A DNA stretch of 56,135 nucleotides from Bigelowiella natans CCMP2755. Its lineage: Eukaryota > Protista > Cercozoa. Positions 12,847 to 25,899 of this stretch are shown piece by piece. The notes below the pieces were generated by a model that ran no database searches, was not told the origin of the DNA, and saw nothing but the letters and a program-made list of their open reading frames with translations. The stretch spans positions 1 to 56,135 of the forward strand of contig ADNK01002391.1 in NCBI GenBank assembly GCA_000320545.1. The letters run 5' to 3'. Made by a program: the position numbers and the translations under genes. Every line of letters begins with the position of its first letter. Positions within the stretch are counted from its first letter, which is position 1.

Positions 12847-13539
12847 TTCTTCTTCTTCATCTATGCTGTTCATCATCATCATCATCATCATCATTGAAAC
12901 TGATATGCTATCAGGTCCCATTCGATAGGGTAGATCACAACCATAGGAAAATAGTCTACTATGGCAAAGTTGGTGATGGTGGAGATTACCGTGGGGTATT
13001 GCTAATCATCACACCTCCTGTCAATTTATACTATGGCATATACCTTATCACCACACAATTTATACTATGGCATATACGTCTGTACAAAATCGCGAAACGA
13101 TGCAAATCAGTAGTGTACTACTACTACTGCTACTACTGCTACTTTACTCCGAAGATTTGGTTGAACAACGTTACTGCTACCTGCTGCTAAGATACGGTGA
13201 TGCTAAGATTATATATATACAATAGGGACATGGGAGCCATGTTACTGCCTCTCTTCTTGGCAAAGCTTTGTATCCTCAAGACATACACAAACAAACATTT
13301 GCAGGTATTAAATATAATGATGATGATGAAAATAGATCAAGTTCAAATACTTGACCTCATCATCATCATCATCATCATCATTAGTTTCGTCGCACCCATC
13401 TGCTGCTATATATCAGAAAAGTACAATGGAATGGCTCCTGAGGCAAAGATATCTTTCTTTGACTTCTCAAAAGCAAGGTAGGTTGGCAAAACGAGTAGCA
13501 GTAAGTACCTGCTGCTGCACAATAAGAAGCAACCACAAC

Positions 13540-13572
<33 letters not shown>

Positions 13573-16230
13573 AAGTACCTGCTGCACAATAAGAAGTAAT
13601 CACAACAAGCACGAAATAATCAACGATGATTCGTTGTCTTACCCTCCTCCTCCTCCTCCTCCTCCTCCTCCTCCTCCTATGTTGTTGTTATTGCTGTTGT
13701 TATAACACTCCAAACACCACAGGAACTTTCAAGTGCCGGATGATATGTAGTATTGCATGCTTCATGCTACCATTGACCATCACCATCACCACCACCATTA
13801 CCAATAATATCACCACCCCATCACTACTACTACTACTACTATCACCTATGTTCTTAAGTTATTATTATTATTATTATAAGGTACAAAGACTACTACAAGC
13901 CAGCGTATGAAAATACCGGGGCAAGACTAATGAGTATGTGTAACAACTCATCCTAGTAGCAGCTTGTGAGCTTTCTTCTTCCTCCTCCTCCTCCTCCAAC
14001 TTTCTTATTACTCTTTCCATTAGGTAATTCATGGGGGACGGATCCTGGAGGGTAGTAGTACTACTATTCAACGAAGTAAAATACGTTACGACGACGAAGA
14101 AGATGATGATGATGATGATGATGATGATGGTTGATAGTGATGATTATTACAACCACCACTCGTAATAATCTAGATACGATGATATGTCATTGGAGCTGGA
14201 TACGTTCCTTCATGATTACCCGGATTTCCTTGCTGTGATGGCTGCTGGTTGTAGATTATATAACATCAAGCAAGGAGGAATAAATAGGAGGAAGAGAGAT
14301 ATGATCATCGATGAAGAAGAAGAAGAAGAAGAAGAAGAAGAAGAAGACGATGATAATAATGATGCTACAGAGATAGACAATATTACAACGTGACATAAAA
14401 TATTAAAAAAGAGTACTGTACGCCTTACTTAAGATAGCTAAATATGGCGAGACTGGTGACAACAACATCACCAACAACAACAACATCAGCATTCTATCCT
14501 TTTGGTCCTATCGTCATCGTCATCACCACCATCAAGGTAACTATGGAGCAAGGGGTTATTATACTCTATCTTCTCCTGGAAATGCCAAGAATTGCCTCAC
14601 TGTTGGCGCATCAAGATCATCTGTTGAGTCGTTCCAACTTCATGATCAAGCAAGAATAGCAATGAGTAATTAGTAGCAGTAGTAGTAGTAGTAGTAGCTT
14701 GCTGATGATAATGATGATACTGTTAATGATGATACTGTTAATGATGATGAAACATTATATATACCTTCCCACTACGTTAATCCTATCGCTTCAGACGGAT
14801 CACTTTTGTCCTTCCCCCCCCCCTCATCCCTTTCTCCTTCTACCTCCCTTCTAAGCTATTGGTAGTGTATTTAATGGGAAGATACGTTCTGAACAGCTGC
14901 TTGTATCTTCGCTGAAAGGGTAGTAGTAATATTTGCAAGCAAGCAAGCAAGCATCATCAGTTTATTGTACAAGCATGATATCTTACCAAGATATTGATAT
15001 TTTATCATGATGCATGCAGGTGTGCAAGAAAAATTCAGAAAGCACGTTATCGTAAACGTATAAAAGCTGTTGTAATGATGGAAGAATCATCATCATATGA
15101 TCCTAGTAGTGGTAGCAGTAGTTGCAATCAAGCAGAGAAAGCTGCATTAGCGATTATCAACAGGATGAAAAGCAACATCAGCATCTGTGACGAAGGACAC
15201 CGTTGTGCATTGTTAATGCCTTGTTATGAAGGTGAGCAGCTTAGATGTAGCAGTAGGATGTGATGATCATATGTTGAGTTTGATGGTGTTATAATATTCA
15301 GACTGCCCAGTCAATAAACAATTTGAAATCGCTCGAAATTTCTCCAAATGGACTGATGTTATCATCTTCGAGGAGTGTGGGACGTGTACAGCACAAGTTT
15401 CTATGGTAACAAATCCATAGTATTTGATGAATAATACTAAGCTGATGTGTTTTTAAGTAGTAGTAGTGGTGGTAGTAGTGTTATCATAATGATATTTGTA
15501 CGTCTTTAATGATAACAAAGACAAATACAAATACTCAGGCTTTTGAAGTAGCTGTTCTCTCAAAAGATGTGTAAGTCATCTAAACAACACAATTTAAAAT
15601 TATATACGTATATCAATAGTAGGAAGCTCACAGCGCTACAATAATCCACAAATTACAACATTGCTAATAGTAGAAGATAATCATAAGGCTTTGAGAGTAG
15701 TGGCAACGATAATAAATGGAAAAAACAAATCCAATCCAAAAAAACAAATCCAATCCAAAAAAACAAATCCAATCCAATCCAAAAAAACAAATCCAATCCA
15801 AAAAAAACAAATCCAATCCAAAAAAACAAATCCAATCCAATCCAAAAAAACAAATCCAATCCAATCCAAAAAAACAAATCCAATCCAAAAAAACAAATCC
15901 AATCCAATCCAAAAAAACAAATCCAATTCAATCCAAAAAAGTAGTAGTAATAGTAGTAGTACTAATAATCCCAATAGTAGTGGCTCATGAAGTAGACTAA
16001 CTTGTTTTACGTGATGTTGTTAGATTCACAAGAGCTGTAAGCTTGGTGAGAAGTGGAGGCATTTCTGCATATATTACTATACCTGTTCTCGCTACAGACC
16101 CAAGGAAATTCGAAGGTAGTATGATGACGATGATGATGAAGATGATGATGATGATGATGATGATTACGATGATGATGATCACGGTGTAGCAATTAACAAC
16201 GTAGTAGTATACAAATATTATTATGAAATT

Positions 16231-16281
<51 letters not shown>

Positions 16282-16639
16282 ATATATTGACTAGTACTAA
16301 TTGTATTGTGTATGCTGCTGCTGTGCTTATGATCTGCAGGTTCCATTCCCTTGTTTTCCTCAAAAGGACCTACTTCTGACGGAAGAATAAAACCAGATAT
16401 TCTTGCTCCTGGAGATTGGATAAGAAGTTGTCATCATCATCGTCATCACATCGCCATCATCATCATTGCTATTACTCATTGCTATTACTCATTTTACTCA
16501 TTGCTGCCTCCCATTATTCATCGTCACATTGCATCGATGATTGATGTCAATATGCATTGTTATACAGGTGCTAGATCAGATGGAAAACAGACATCAAATA
16601 ATTGTGGTATAAGACAGAACAAAAAGAGGAGAGAGAGAA

Positions 16640-16690
<51 letters not shown>

Positions 16691-17083
16691 GAGAGAAAGA
16701 GAGAGAGAGAGGGGGGGGAGAAAGAAGGCGAATAATAATTTTAATTATGATAATAATAACACTATGCTTGTTGAAATACACGGCCTAACTTGTAGGAGAG
16801 CTTCAATACATGCATGGTACATCGATGGCTACACCTGTAGCAGCTGGAAATATTGCCCTTGTCCGGCAATATCTTGTAGATGGTTATTATCCTTCAGGAG
16901 AAGCAAATGCACGTAATAATAAGATTATATATAAATTAGACTAAGCAAGATAAGATAAGAAGAATGTGTGCTGTATATGCATCATCCATGCAGGAGAATA
17001 ATAGTAGTAGTAGTAGGAGAAGGAGGAGAAGGAGGAGGAGGAGGGAAGGGCAGCAGCATTGCCACTTCTAAGAATTATACCAT

Positions 17084-17119
<36 letters not shown>

Positions 17120-18578
17120 CTTTTAGGGAATAGAATGGCAAATCCAAGCGCTGCAGTCATCAAAGCCACTGTCATTAATGGTAGTACTGCTATTAGTATA
17201 CCTTTTCTTCTTCTTCCTACTCTATGCAGTTTCTAATTCTCCCCCCCACCCCCAGTCTTTCCCACGTCGTTCCCCCCCTCTCTTCTTCCCCCGATATTAT
17301 TGTATATTGTTATTATTAAAATGATTTTTCTTTAATTTGTTACCAGGGGCTGTACCCATGGACCCTGATCTCACATACAGGGTAGTATGCTAACATATGC
17401 TGCCTATTAGTCGACTGCATGATGTTTCTTCCTGAAAATGAGATGTATGAGGAGGAGGAGAAGGAAGAGTCTGTTTATTCAAAAGTAGCAGTAGACGAGT
17501 AGTAGTAATATCGATCAGAATTCATCACGTACAAGAAAATGCACGTTGATAAGCTCATAGAAATAATAAAACCATGTGCTTATCGTTATTTAATGTAGTA
17601 GCTGCTTCTACATCTACTGAAACTATACCGACGACGACGACGATGATGATGATGATGATGATGATAGTGATGATAGTGTTGTTGTTGTTGTTGTTGATAA
17701 TAGAACAAACATTAGAATGATGTTGAGGACAATACATGTAGCATTTTGTTGTAAATAATAATAATAATAATATTAATTAGTAATAACAATACGATGTTGT
17801 TATTGTTGTTGATTCTGCATTATCATCACCACCACCCATCGCCACCACTCCTCCTCCTCCTCCTCCTCCTCCTCCTCCTCCTCCTACTACTACTACTACT
17901 ACTACTACTAGGTTTCTGACAAGACAACATATGTAAACACAGTACCTTCTTATCTACAAGGGTACGGTCATCACTGTTAGTTAATGTAGTAGTAACAACA
18001 AAGTATAGCTAAATTAGTATGCGTTCTTAAACTACAACAACAACTACTACTACTATTAATACAAGGATATCAGTATTAATACAATTATTAATACCTTCCT
18101 CTATATTCTCCATTGTAGTAATTAATAATTTTCTGAGATAACATCATCATCTAATAAGCCTCTTTTGAGTCTAAAGGTGGAAGTTGTTGACTACTAATTG
18201 TTGTTTTCTCTTTCTCTGCCATTCGTATATAGATTTGGTCGCATAAAGCTTGCAGCAACACTACCTTTGAAAGGAGATTCTTCTGTTCCTCCTCCTCCTC
18301 CTCCTCCTCCTCCTCCTCCTCCTATCTTCATTGATGACCATTTGAGTGGGATCGAGACGTTTGATAGAATCAAGTATTGCTTTGAAGTAGGAGCAGCAGT
18401 AGCATCATCATCTTCATCATCATCAAGCACTACTAGCCCCCTCCCTCTTTTAGTCAAGATAACACTGGTCTGGACAGATCCCCCGGCATCAGCAGCCTCT
18501 AATAGGCAACTAATCAATAACCTCAATCTCTTGGCTCATGATATCAATAATGGAAAAGCGTATATAGGAAATCAGAAA

Positions 18579-18614
<36 letters not shown>

Positions 18615-18976
18615 ATGTAGTAGAAGTAGTAGTAATAGTTATTTATGTGAGTAGTTGGTTAGTTCATATCAAATTATATCATATTTTCATCATCCGTCAA
18701 TACTATCATCACCCTGCTGCTTGCTAGTATTACACTATTAATGAATGATCTTGGAAAGAATCCATGTTTGTATCTTTATGTAGTAGTAAAGGGTGGTGTA
18801 TTGTATATTTGATAACTACAACAACAAAAGGGATTAAAGAAAGTATTTCATATTTGATAACTATAACAACAAAAGGTATTTGGACACAAGGCATCATCAA
18901 CATCTTCCAAATTCTCACCACCCAACTATTCAATATGATGAACTTAACAATGTGGAACATGTCAGGTACTACTACA

Positions 18977-19010
<34 letters not shown>

Positions 19011-20991
19011 GGAGCAGTAGTCACAGCAGCGCAGAAGAAAGAAAGAGAATCAAAATCAGCAATGGATGATAATAAATGTTATCTTCATTATTATTTTTCC
19101 TCTTCCTTCCTTCTCTCCTCCTTACATACTTGCCATTGTCTGTGCGGCTACTACTACTACTACCACTACTACTTCTTTGTGCCTGAACAACAGGTTTCTT
19201 GCATCAAACATAAGTCGTCTTTTGGTAGAAGTGGAAGGCTTCAATATCGTAGTGCCAAAGCAGCCTTATGCCTTAGTTGCGACTGTTATGGTACCCTCTT
19301 CCTCAAGGGAGAGAGATTTAGATGAGGAGATTGATTTCTACTTTCCCAACGATATTGGTTTGAAACAAGTACAAATTAAAGGTAAAAATAATAGCTTACA
19401 ATAGCTCATACTCATTAAAGTAGTAGCAGTAGTAGCAGTAGAAGCAGTAGTAGCATGTAGTATGTAGTAGTATGTAACATCGCTGTTAAATAATCATTCT
19501 CGATTGCCGGTTTTTGTTATATTCTTCTCTAACGACGATGATGGTGGTGTTGGTGGTGGTGGTGGTGGTGACGCTACCTAACCCTACTGCCTTACTCTTT
19601 ATATTCAGAATCTGAAGATTGTACACCACCACCCAAAAGGGGGAAAGGGGGGGATGAACAACCTGATGATCCAGTAGCTACTATTTGCCCCAACCAGTGT
19701 TCAAATCGTGGTGTTTGCTTGAGAAATCATAAGTGCAAGTGCTATGATGGGTCATAAGATGATGATCATTTATCAACATATACTGTTGTTGTTGTTGTTG
19801 TTGTTGTTGTTACTACATAGCTTGTAGCTGGTGTATAATACTAGGTCCCCATTGCCAATCTTCCCCCACTGATGATTGTTCTCTCCTCTACTTATTTTCA
19901 ATACTATAACTACTACTATTACTATTACTACTACTACCTACAGATTCGTTGGTTTTGATTGTTCTCAAAATGCAACTAAAATATCGTATTGGAATGACGA
20001 TTTCTCTTTCTCTCGTCGCCTTGACTACATTTCCCCTGAATCATGGAGGTTGTGATTGATGTTACGATAGTACTTCACACCACAATGATGATGATGATGA
20101 TGATAATGGTAGATGGATCTTAGGAGGTAGCAGCAGCTGTAATATTGATCTACAATTGATATGTTGTCATTGTAGGTATATTTCATTTGTGTATTCTGAA
20201 AATGAAGGAGTTTCCAACAGCAATCCAGTGAAGAAAAAGATACCTCTTGATCAATTAGCGGTACAACTACTAGTACTCACGCTACCCCTTGTTACTCATT
20301 TTCCTTTCCCTCTACTATTTGAATAAGTATTCATTTCTTAATTTTATTACATCAAGGTTTTGATTGAATTTGACGATATCTCTCAAGGCAGTGATCCAGA
20401 CCTGTATGTACCACAAGCAACAACAACAACAACAACAACAACAAAAATTACAGCAAATATTTTTAGATGTTATTTCTCGGGGATCATCAATAACACCTCC
20501 TATTGTCATCTATTCTACAACGTTTTATCATTATTACAACTACTAGAACTACCACCTAAATACTTACATTAGTCATCATCATCATCATCATTATCATCAT
20601 CATCATAATTATAGGTACATAAGATATGGGCAGTTGCCAAGTCTCACAAAATATGATTACAAAGGTAGTAGTACCGCCGACCTCACTCACTTGGAGAATT
20701 TTCATCATAGTTGCCTATTATCATTATTATTATATTTATCACCAAATGGTACTCTTACTTCTGCTACTGTTTTAGATGCGACATGTGATTCTTGCCAGAA
20801 GAAAACACAACCAAAAGTGCTACAAAACCTAAAGCAAGGAACATATTGGGTGATGATGACTGATTGCTAGTATTCATTCACACAGCGAAGTAGTAGTACT
20901 ACTACTAGTAGTAGTATCAGCACAACTATTGGAGAGGCAGCAGTTCTTCATTATGTGTGTGTTTGTGTGTGTGTGTGTGTTTGTTTTTGTG

Positions 20992-21030
<39 letters not shown>

Positions 21031-22634
21031 AGCAAATGATATTATTCTCTGAAAGTACTCATCATCATTACCATCACCACCATCATCAGTAATAATAACT
21101 GGATTGTTATGATAATGATTAGATTGGTGTAACAGCATCGTGCTGTATTCCTTCTAGTCTTACTGTTCGTGTAACTGTTGGAAATACAACTTCATTCCCA
21201 GCACCACCACCTGGGTTCAACGAATATAAATATCATTGCAAATTTATATATAATCACTGAGTATTCATATAATATAATAGAATCATTTAAAATCTACATA
21301 GAATTACTGAGTATTCATATGTATATAAGTTAAATTCATCATTATTATTATTATTATTATTATTATGGTTTATGCTGTCTGATAAACGCAATAATTCTAG
21401 GGATGATGCAAACAGCAAAGGAGATAAAGATAATTCATCTTCTCACTTCATTCTAACTCATGAAGAATTGTCATTTATGATATCATCGGTAGCACCAGTA
21501 GTAGTAGATGTTGTAATCATCCTTTCGAAGTCATCGTCGTCATCGTTTATGAGCATTCAACTGCAGAAGCACATGTATATATAAAACCTCTTATAACATA
21601 TATTCTTCGTCTTATTCTTCTTCTTGTTCTTCTTATTGTTCTTCTACATTTTATCATTCATTTCATGGATGCTTCTACCTTGTGAGTAATTGGTCTTTAC
21701 TAATAGTTTTCTCCTCATAATGTATTTGTAGGTGATAGTTGTGTTTATCACCATTGTGGGGATTGTGCTTTGTATCGTGTGTTCTCGCACACTCCGATGG
21801 CAGTTTTCAAGCACTTTCCGCAAATTGAGGAGGTAGTAATAATTGTAGTAGTAAGCACTTTCCGCAAATTGAGGAGGTAGTAATAATTGTAGTAGTGGTA
21901 GTAGTAGTAGTAGTAGTAGTAGTAGTAAGTGGAGGAGCAAGAGTAGGTAAGTTGCGTGTGCTTGTTGTTGCATACTTGGTATTGTTTGCATGTCTTCTTC
22001 TTCTTCTTCTTCTTCTTCTTCTTCTTCTTTCTAAGAATTAATAGTTGTGTACAGCTTCCAAATATTCATCATTATGTGGTTGTATCCTTGAATAAGATGA
22101 GAGTCTTTATCTGGTAGCTATAGCTACTACTACAAACGTGTTTGATAATTAATCCACGTGCATTATTTCCGTTTCATACCCTCACAATAATTTTAGCTCG
22201 GAAGATGTATCGTCGGGTGATGATGATCAGCTTGCAGCTATTGAGTTGCCACCCCCTCCACCAGGTATTATTATGGGCTCCTTTCTCAACACCATTCTTG
22301 CATTATTATCATTAATTGTAGTTGTTGTTGTAGTAGTGGTAGTAGTAGTAGTAGTCGTCTCATTTGCTAAAGCACAGCATCTGAAAAGAAGACCCATCAT
22401 TACTATAAACACAACATAGTAGTATATACATCATACAACTTATTCACTACTACATTGATAATATTTTTCTTATTGATATACTGTGACCTAATGCTACTCT
22501 CAGGATCACTGCATAGCACACAGGAGCAGAATATTCAGATTTTAACAAGAAGCCAATTGGGGGGGGAGGAGGAGGAGGAAGAAGAAGAAATAGTTGACAT
22601 AGTAGATGAGAACGAAAGGTTGACAGCAACATAA
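10675..22634 (+). CDS. Membrane-anchored subtilisin (peptidase S8, KP-43/Tag-like) with PA-like insert, beta-sandwich, EGF, PPC-like domain and TM helix
   Basis: Signal peptide; catalytic Asp IAVADTGID (12481), His GHGSHV (13229), AAGN, SPGNAKNCLTVGA, SSKGPTSDGRIKPDILAPG and Ser GTSMATP (16822); ITLVWTDPP and NNVEHV; EGF CPNQCSNRGVC..CKCYDGF; DPDLYIRYG; TM VIVVFITIVGIVLCIVC; acidic tail to TAA 22632-22634. Confidence 0.93.
15720..15940 (+). repeat. Intronic minisatellite AAAAAAACAAATCC(AATCC)1-2, about 10 copies
   Basis: Directly visible tandem array inside a subtilisin intron; it generates the spurious WIGLDLFF / KKQIQS ORFs. Confidence 0.92.
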
Positions 22635-22779
22635 TTACCACCGTACTGTTACTAAAAATGACATTTAATGATTGCTCACTAGACGATAATGAGAGATAGA
22701 ACAACTGGCCAATGAATATTTAAAATTTGGCTGAAAATTCTAGAAGTTGTTTAATCAGTAACTATGAATTAATGCGTCT

Positions 22780-23330
22780 ATATGAAACATCACATGCGTG
22801 TTTCCCTGCCCGCCATGATGACTACTAATGCGATTCCATTTGCACATGTGTGCATGCATACTAGTCATGTCATGCCACTACATGCTATTGTCTCCTTCTC
22901 CACATTGTGCTCTGCATGCGCCTCATGGCACGGTCTGGACATGACAATTCTCAGGCTGCGCGTGTGCATGCGCCCACAACAATGTGTAAATGGTCGCACG
23001 TGTTTCCCATCACTGCATGCAGCGTGCTAGCTAGCTAGCGTCGTGCATGTTTTGCACGCGAAACGTCACTAGGTCACAATTCTGCACGTATAGGAAGGCC
23101 GCATGTCACTCGCTATGCTAGCTCGTGGAATGTGCAACAGTATGCATTTAGCTAGGCATCGCTCACGGCTGAAATTTGATGTGAGGCTGGATCTTTTGCC
23201 GAGTGCGAATTCGATTTTGTGTTCATGACATGTGGCTAATTGCTGCGTTCAAGATGATGTCGGATGCCATGCTACTAGCATGGGAAGTTTGGCCAGCTGG
23301 CTGCACAAGATTTAGCTCCTAAATCCCATT
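22780..23330. other. Palindrome-rich convergent-junction tract (subtilisin / DUF998-like)
   Basis: tgcacatgtgtgcatgcat, gctagctagctagc, gcgcgtgtgcatgcgc. Confidence 0.75.
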
Positions 23331-23359
23331 AGTCTACTTGTTCTCTGTCGTGAAAAGCA

Positions 23360-24121
23360 CTACCTTCTCTTCACTTTGTCAGATGCGCGCGCATACCACA
23401 CCGGTCGGAGCAGCATAGCTACAAGGAAAAGACCTACTCCCAGGGCTGCGAAACTTGACCTCTGTCGTAAACCCATGCAATGGCCTTCCAACTTTAAGAT
23501 GCGGCCTGTCCAGTTCCTTTCCATTAAACCCTTCACAAATGGAACGTCAGCTATCATCACCAACCCTGCTACCCGCCCTGTTATAGGACCGTGGTGACTG
23601 GGAGGATGGACCAGGCATGAAGTTCCGATGCAAAGCAATGTTAGAAGAGAGCAGGAGATGAAGATCATTACGCCAGCGTCGTGAAAAGCTTGCTGCCTTA
23701 CATCAGCGTGACTTTGCGGGTTATCAATCTCTTCATACATCGCCACCAGGTACAGACCCACAGCAGCGCTGCCGAGAAGCATGCAAGAGACGTGTGAGCT
23801 AATTCGTCCACGCAGGGGACCCGTGAAGGAGAGCACAAGCCCCAGAAACACCAAAGATGACGCGAACATCAGAATGGCAGCTGTTATCCAAGCTTTTCTT
23901 GGCGCCCTAGCGGCAAAAGTAGAGATTCCTGCTTCCACCCAATCAATACTGTGCTCACCATTATGCCCAATTAGCATCCAAGATATCCCCATGTACATGC
24001 ACAGTGTTGACGAGATCCAGAACATCGCATGATAAGGGGGGGTGGTTGGCTTTAACAGTCGGCAAATCTTTTCACAGCAGATATCGCGTTGAAGCCTCCA
24101 ATTTATTACACCCATTCCCAT
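23360..24121 (-). CDS. Intronless multi-pass membrane protein, DUF998-like
   Basis: Uninterrupted ORF; the track start at 24223 is TTG, and candidate ATGs are 24121, 24115 and 24025. About 6 hydrophobic segments; DWVEAGISTFA, FHDAG and GLRQR resemble DUF998 motifs as I recall them. Confidence 0.7.
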   Translation of the reverse strand: MGMGVINWRLQRDICCEKICRLLKPTTPPYHAMFWISSTLCMYMGISWMLIGHNGEHSIDWVEAGISTFAARAPRKAWITAAILMFASSLVFLGLVLSFTGPLRGRISSHVSCMLLGSAAVGLYLVAMYEEIDNPQSHADVRQQAFHDAGVMIFISCSLLTLLCIGTSCLVHPPSHHGPITGRVAGLVMIADVPFVKGLMERNWTGRILKLEGHCMGLRQRSSFAALGVGLFLVAMLLRPVWYARASDKVKRR

Positions 24122-24499
24122 TATTGGCGAGGTAACCTCTGGAACTGTTTGACACTCAGGTCGCAACAAGTCGGCTCGGTGAATCCTAGAATCGTCGCCT
24201 GATTGATGTTGTCGTAGATGCAAACAGGACTGTGTTAGTTGGAATTATTTAGGACAATTATCGATGCTTCTGATCGGATTGCGTCGGCTGCTTACGTCTA
24301 CTGTTGACTGTTGTCGCACTTCACAAAACGGAGACCATACTCAAAAATTTCCCAAAAAAGTTTGAAATTTTGAAACCCCTTGTCTCGGGCCGGGGGGGGG
24401 GCAGATCCACGCCGTCGAGTTCCGAGCTCGAGTTGCAAAAGTGAGACTGGGTTTTCGCAGAGCCAATCTGTTTTGTGATCCGTCGAAATATATCCTGGG

Positions 24500-25864
24500 A
24501 TGGCAACTTCAAGCGGTTTTTCCTTAGCGTTGTGCATGATTGGATGTGCTCAGATGAATCTGGGCGTTCCCGCGCACAGCCGGTTGCTGCATGGGGATAA
24601 CGACAATGGGGTCATCTCTATGAACAAAGATGAGCACGATATTCAGGGCACCGCTACGATTCATTTTCATCAAGGTAGAATGCGGTTCCGCGGAAGTAGC
24701 ATGATAACTTCGAACTTCTCAGCTGCAGAGCTGGCGAAGGCTGGGGGCATCGTCAAAGGGGGAGCAGATGACTATGAGCGATTGGAGCTTCTTGGCGAGG
24801 GAAGCTACGGTGCTGTCTGGAAAGTAAAGGCGCAGAGGACGGGCGAGTTATTGGCAATGAAGCGGACGGCGTTACAAGACAACGAATTGGGGGAGAACTT
24901 CGATCATGAGGTCGACATCATGGAGAAGCTGAAGGGCGTTCCCAACACCGTTCAGCTCTACGACAATTTTAAGAAATCAACGAATGGTTACATGGTGATG
25001 ACATTGATGGAGGGGGGCAACCTCGAGAGTAAAATCAAAGGCGATAAGGAGAAGAGGAGGGAAAATCCCGTGCAGTACAAAACTCACGACACGAGAGAAT
25101 ACCGAGCGACGATGAAAAAATGCATGAGGAGCGTGATGGAGGCGCTTGAAAAGATGCACGATCGTGGGATAGTGCACCTTGACATCAAGCCGGACAACAT
25201 CGGCGTCGGGGCCTCTTTGGACGATTGCATCGTCTTTGATTTCGGTCTGTCCCAGGAGGTGAAGCTGAATCCCCCCCCAAAGAAGTCCACACCCCAGCAC
25301 CACACGGGGGCAGGCAGGAGAAACAACCAAGCAAATGGCAACCATACGAGCGAGCGGTACAATGCTGGCGGCCGGTATCTCTTCGGAAGAAAATTGTACT
25401 ACGCGAAGCCCGTGAGAGAAAACGAGAAGGTTATTGCCACATGCGTTGGTTCGCCTGGGTACATTGGGCCTGAATGCATTCCACGTTATCCGGTTGCATC
25501 AATGGACATGTTCCAGCTCGCTATGACATTTCGTGACGTCTTCTGGAACCCAATCGACGAAGGCTTTTGCCTTAGCAATCACCTCTGGGCCGTGTACGAT
25601 TCCTACATGGACGGCTACCAGGAGACTGACGAGAACTATGTTGGCTATGGCTTCGGTGATACGGCTGCAGAGGTGTACGATGGGCTGACGTCCCCGCCGC
25701 AGAAACTCATGGACAGCTGCAAGAAGTTCAAGCGGCTGGAGGAGAAGGCGGCTGATGACCAGGAGTTCAGAGAGATTCTGGAGGTAATGTCGAAAATGAT
25801 GACGAAGAAGCCTGCAGCAAGGATTACCTTCACGCATCTATCCCAGCTCCCATTCTTCGCTTAG
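24500..25864 (+). CDS. Intronless Ser/Thr protein kinase with possible N-terminal signal peptide
   Basis: 454-aa ORF with GEGSYG, LAMK, HEVDIM (alphaC Glu), HLDIKPDN, DFG, GSPGYIGPE, DMF and PAARIT; hydrophobic N-terminus GFSLALCMIGCA. Confidence 0.95.
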   Translation: MATSSGFSLALCMIGCAQMNLGVPAHSRLLHGDNDNGVISMNKDEHDIQGTATIHFHQGRMRFRGSSMITSNFSAAELAKAGGIVKGGADDYERLELLGEGSYGAVWKVKAQRTGELLAMKRTALQDNELGENFDHEVDIMEKLKGVPNTVQLYDNFKKSTNGYMVMTLMEGGNLESKIKGDKEKRRENPVQYKTHDTREYRATMKKCMRSVMEALEKMHDRGIVHLDIKPDNIGVGASLDDCIVFDFGLSQEVKLNPPPKKSTPQHHTGAGRRNNQANGNHTSERYNAGGRYLFGRKLYYAKPVRENEKVIATCVGSPGYIGPECIPRYPVASMDMFQLAMTFRDVFWNPIDEGFCLSNHLWAVYDSYMDGYQETDENYVGYGFGDTAAEVYDGLTSPPQKLMDSCKKFKRLEEKAADDQEFREILEVMSKMMTKKPAARITFTHLSQLPFFA

Positions 25865-25899
25865 TTTAGGCCGACGAGATCGCAAAAGATGCTTTTCTA

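Noticed and set aside
15653-16000. Repeat-protein ORFs on both strands
   Set aside because: An intronic minisatellite within the subtilisin gene.
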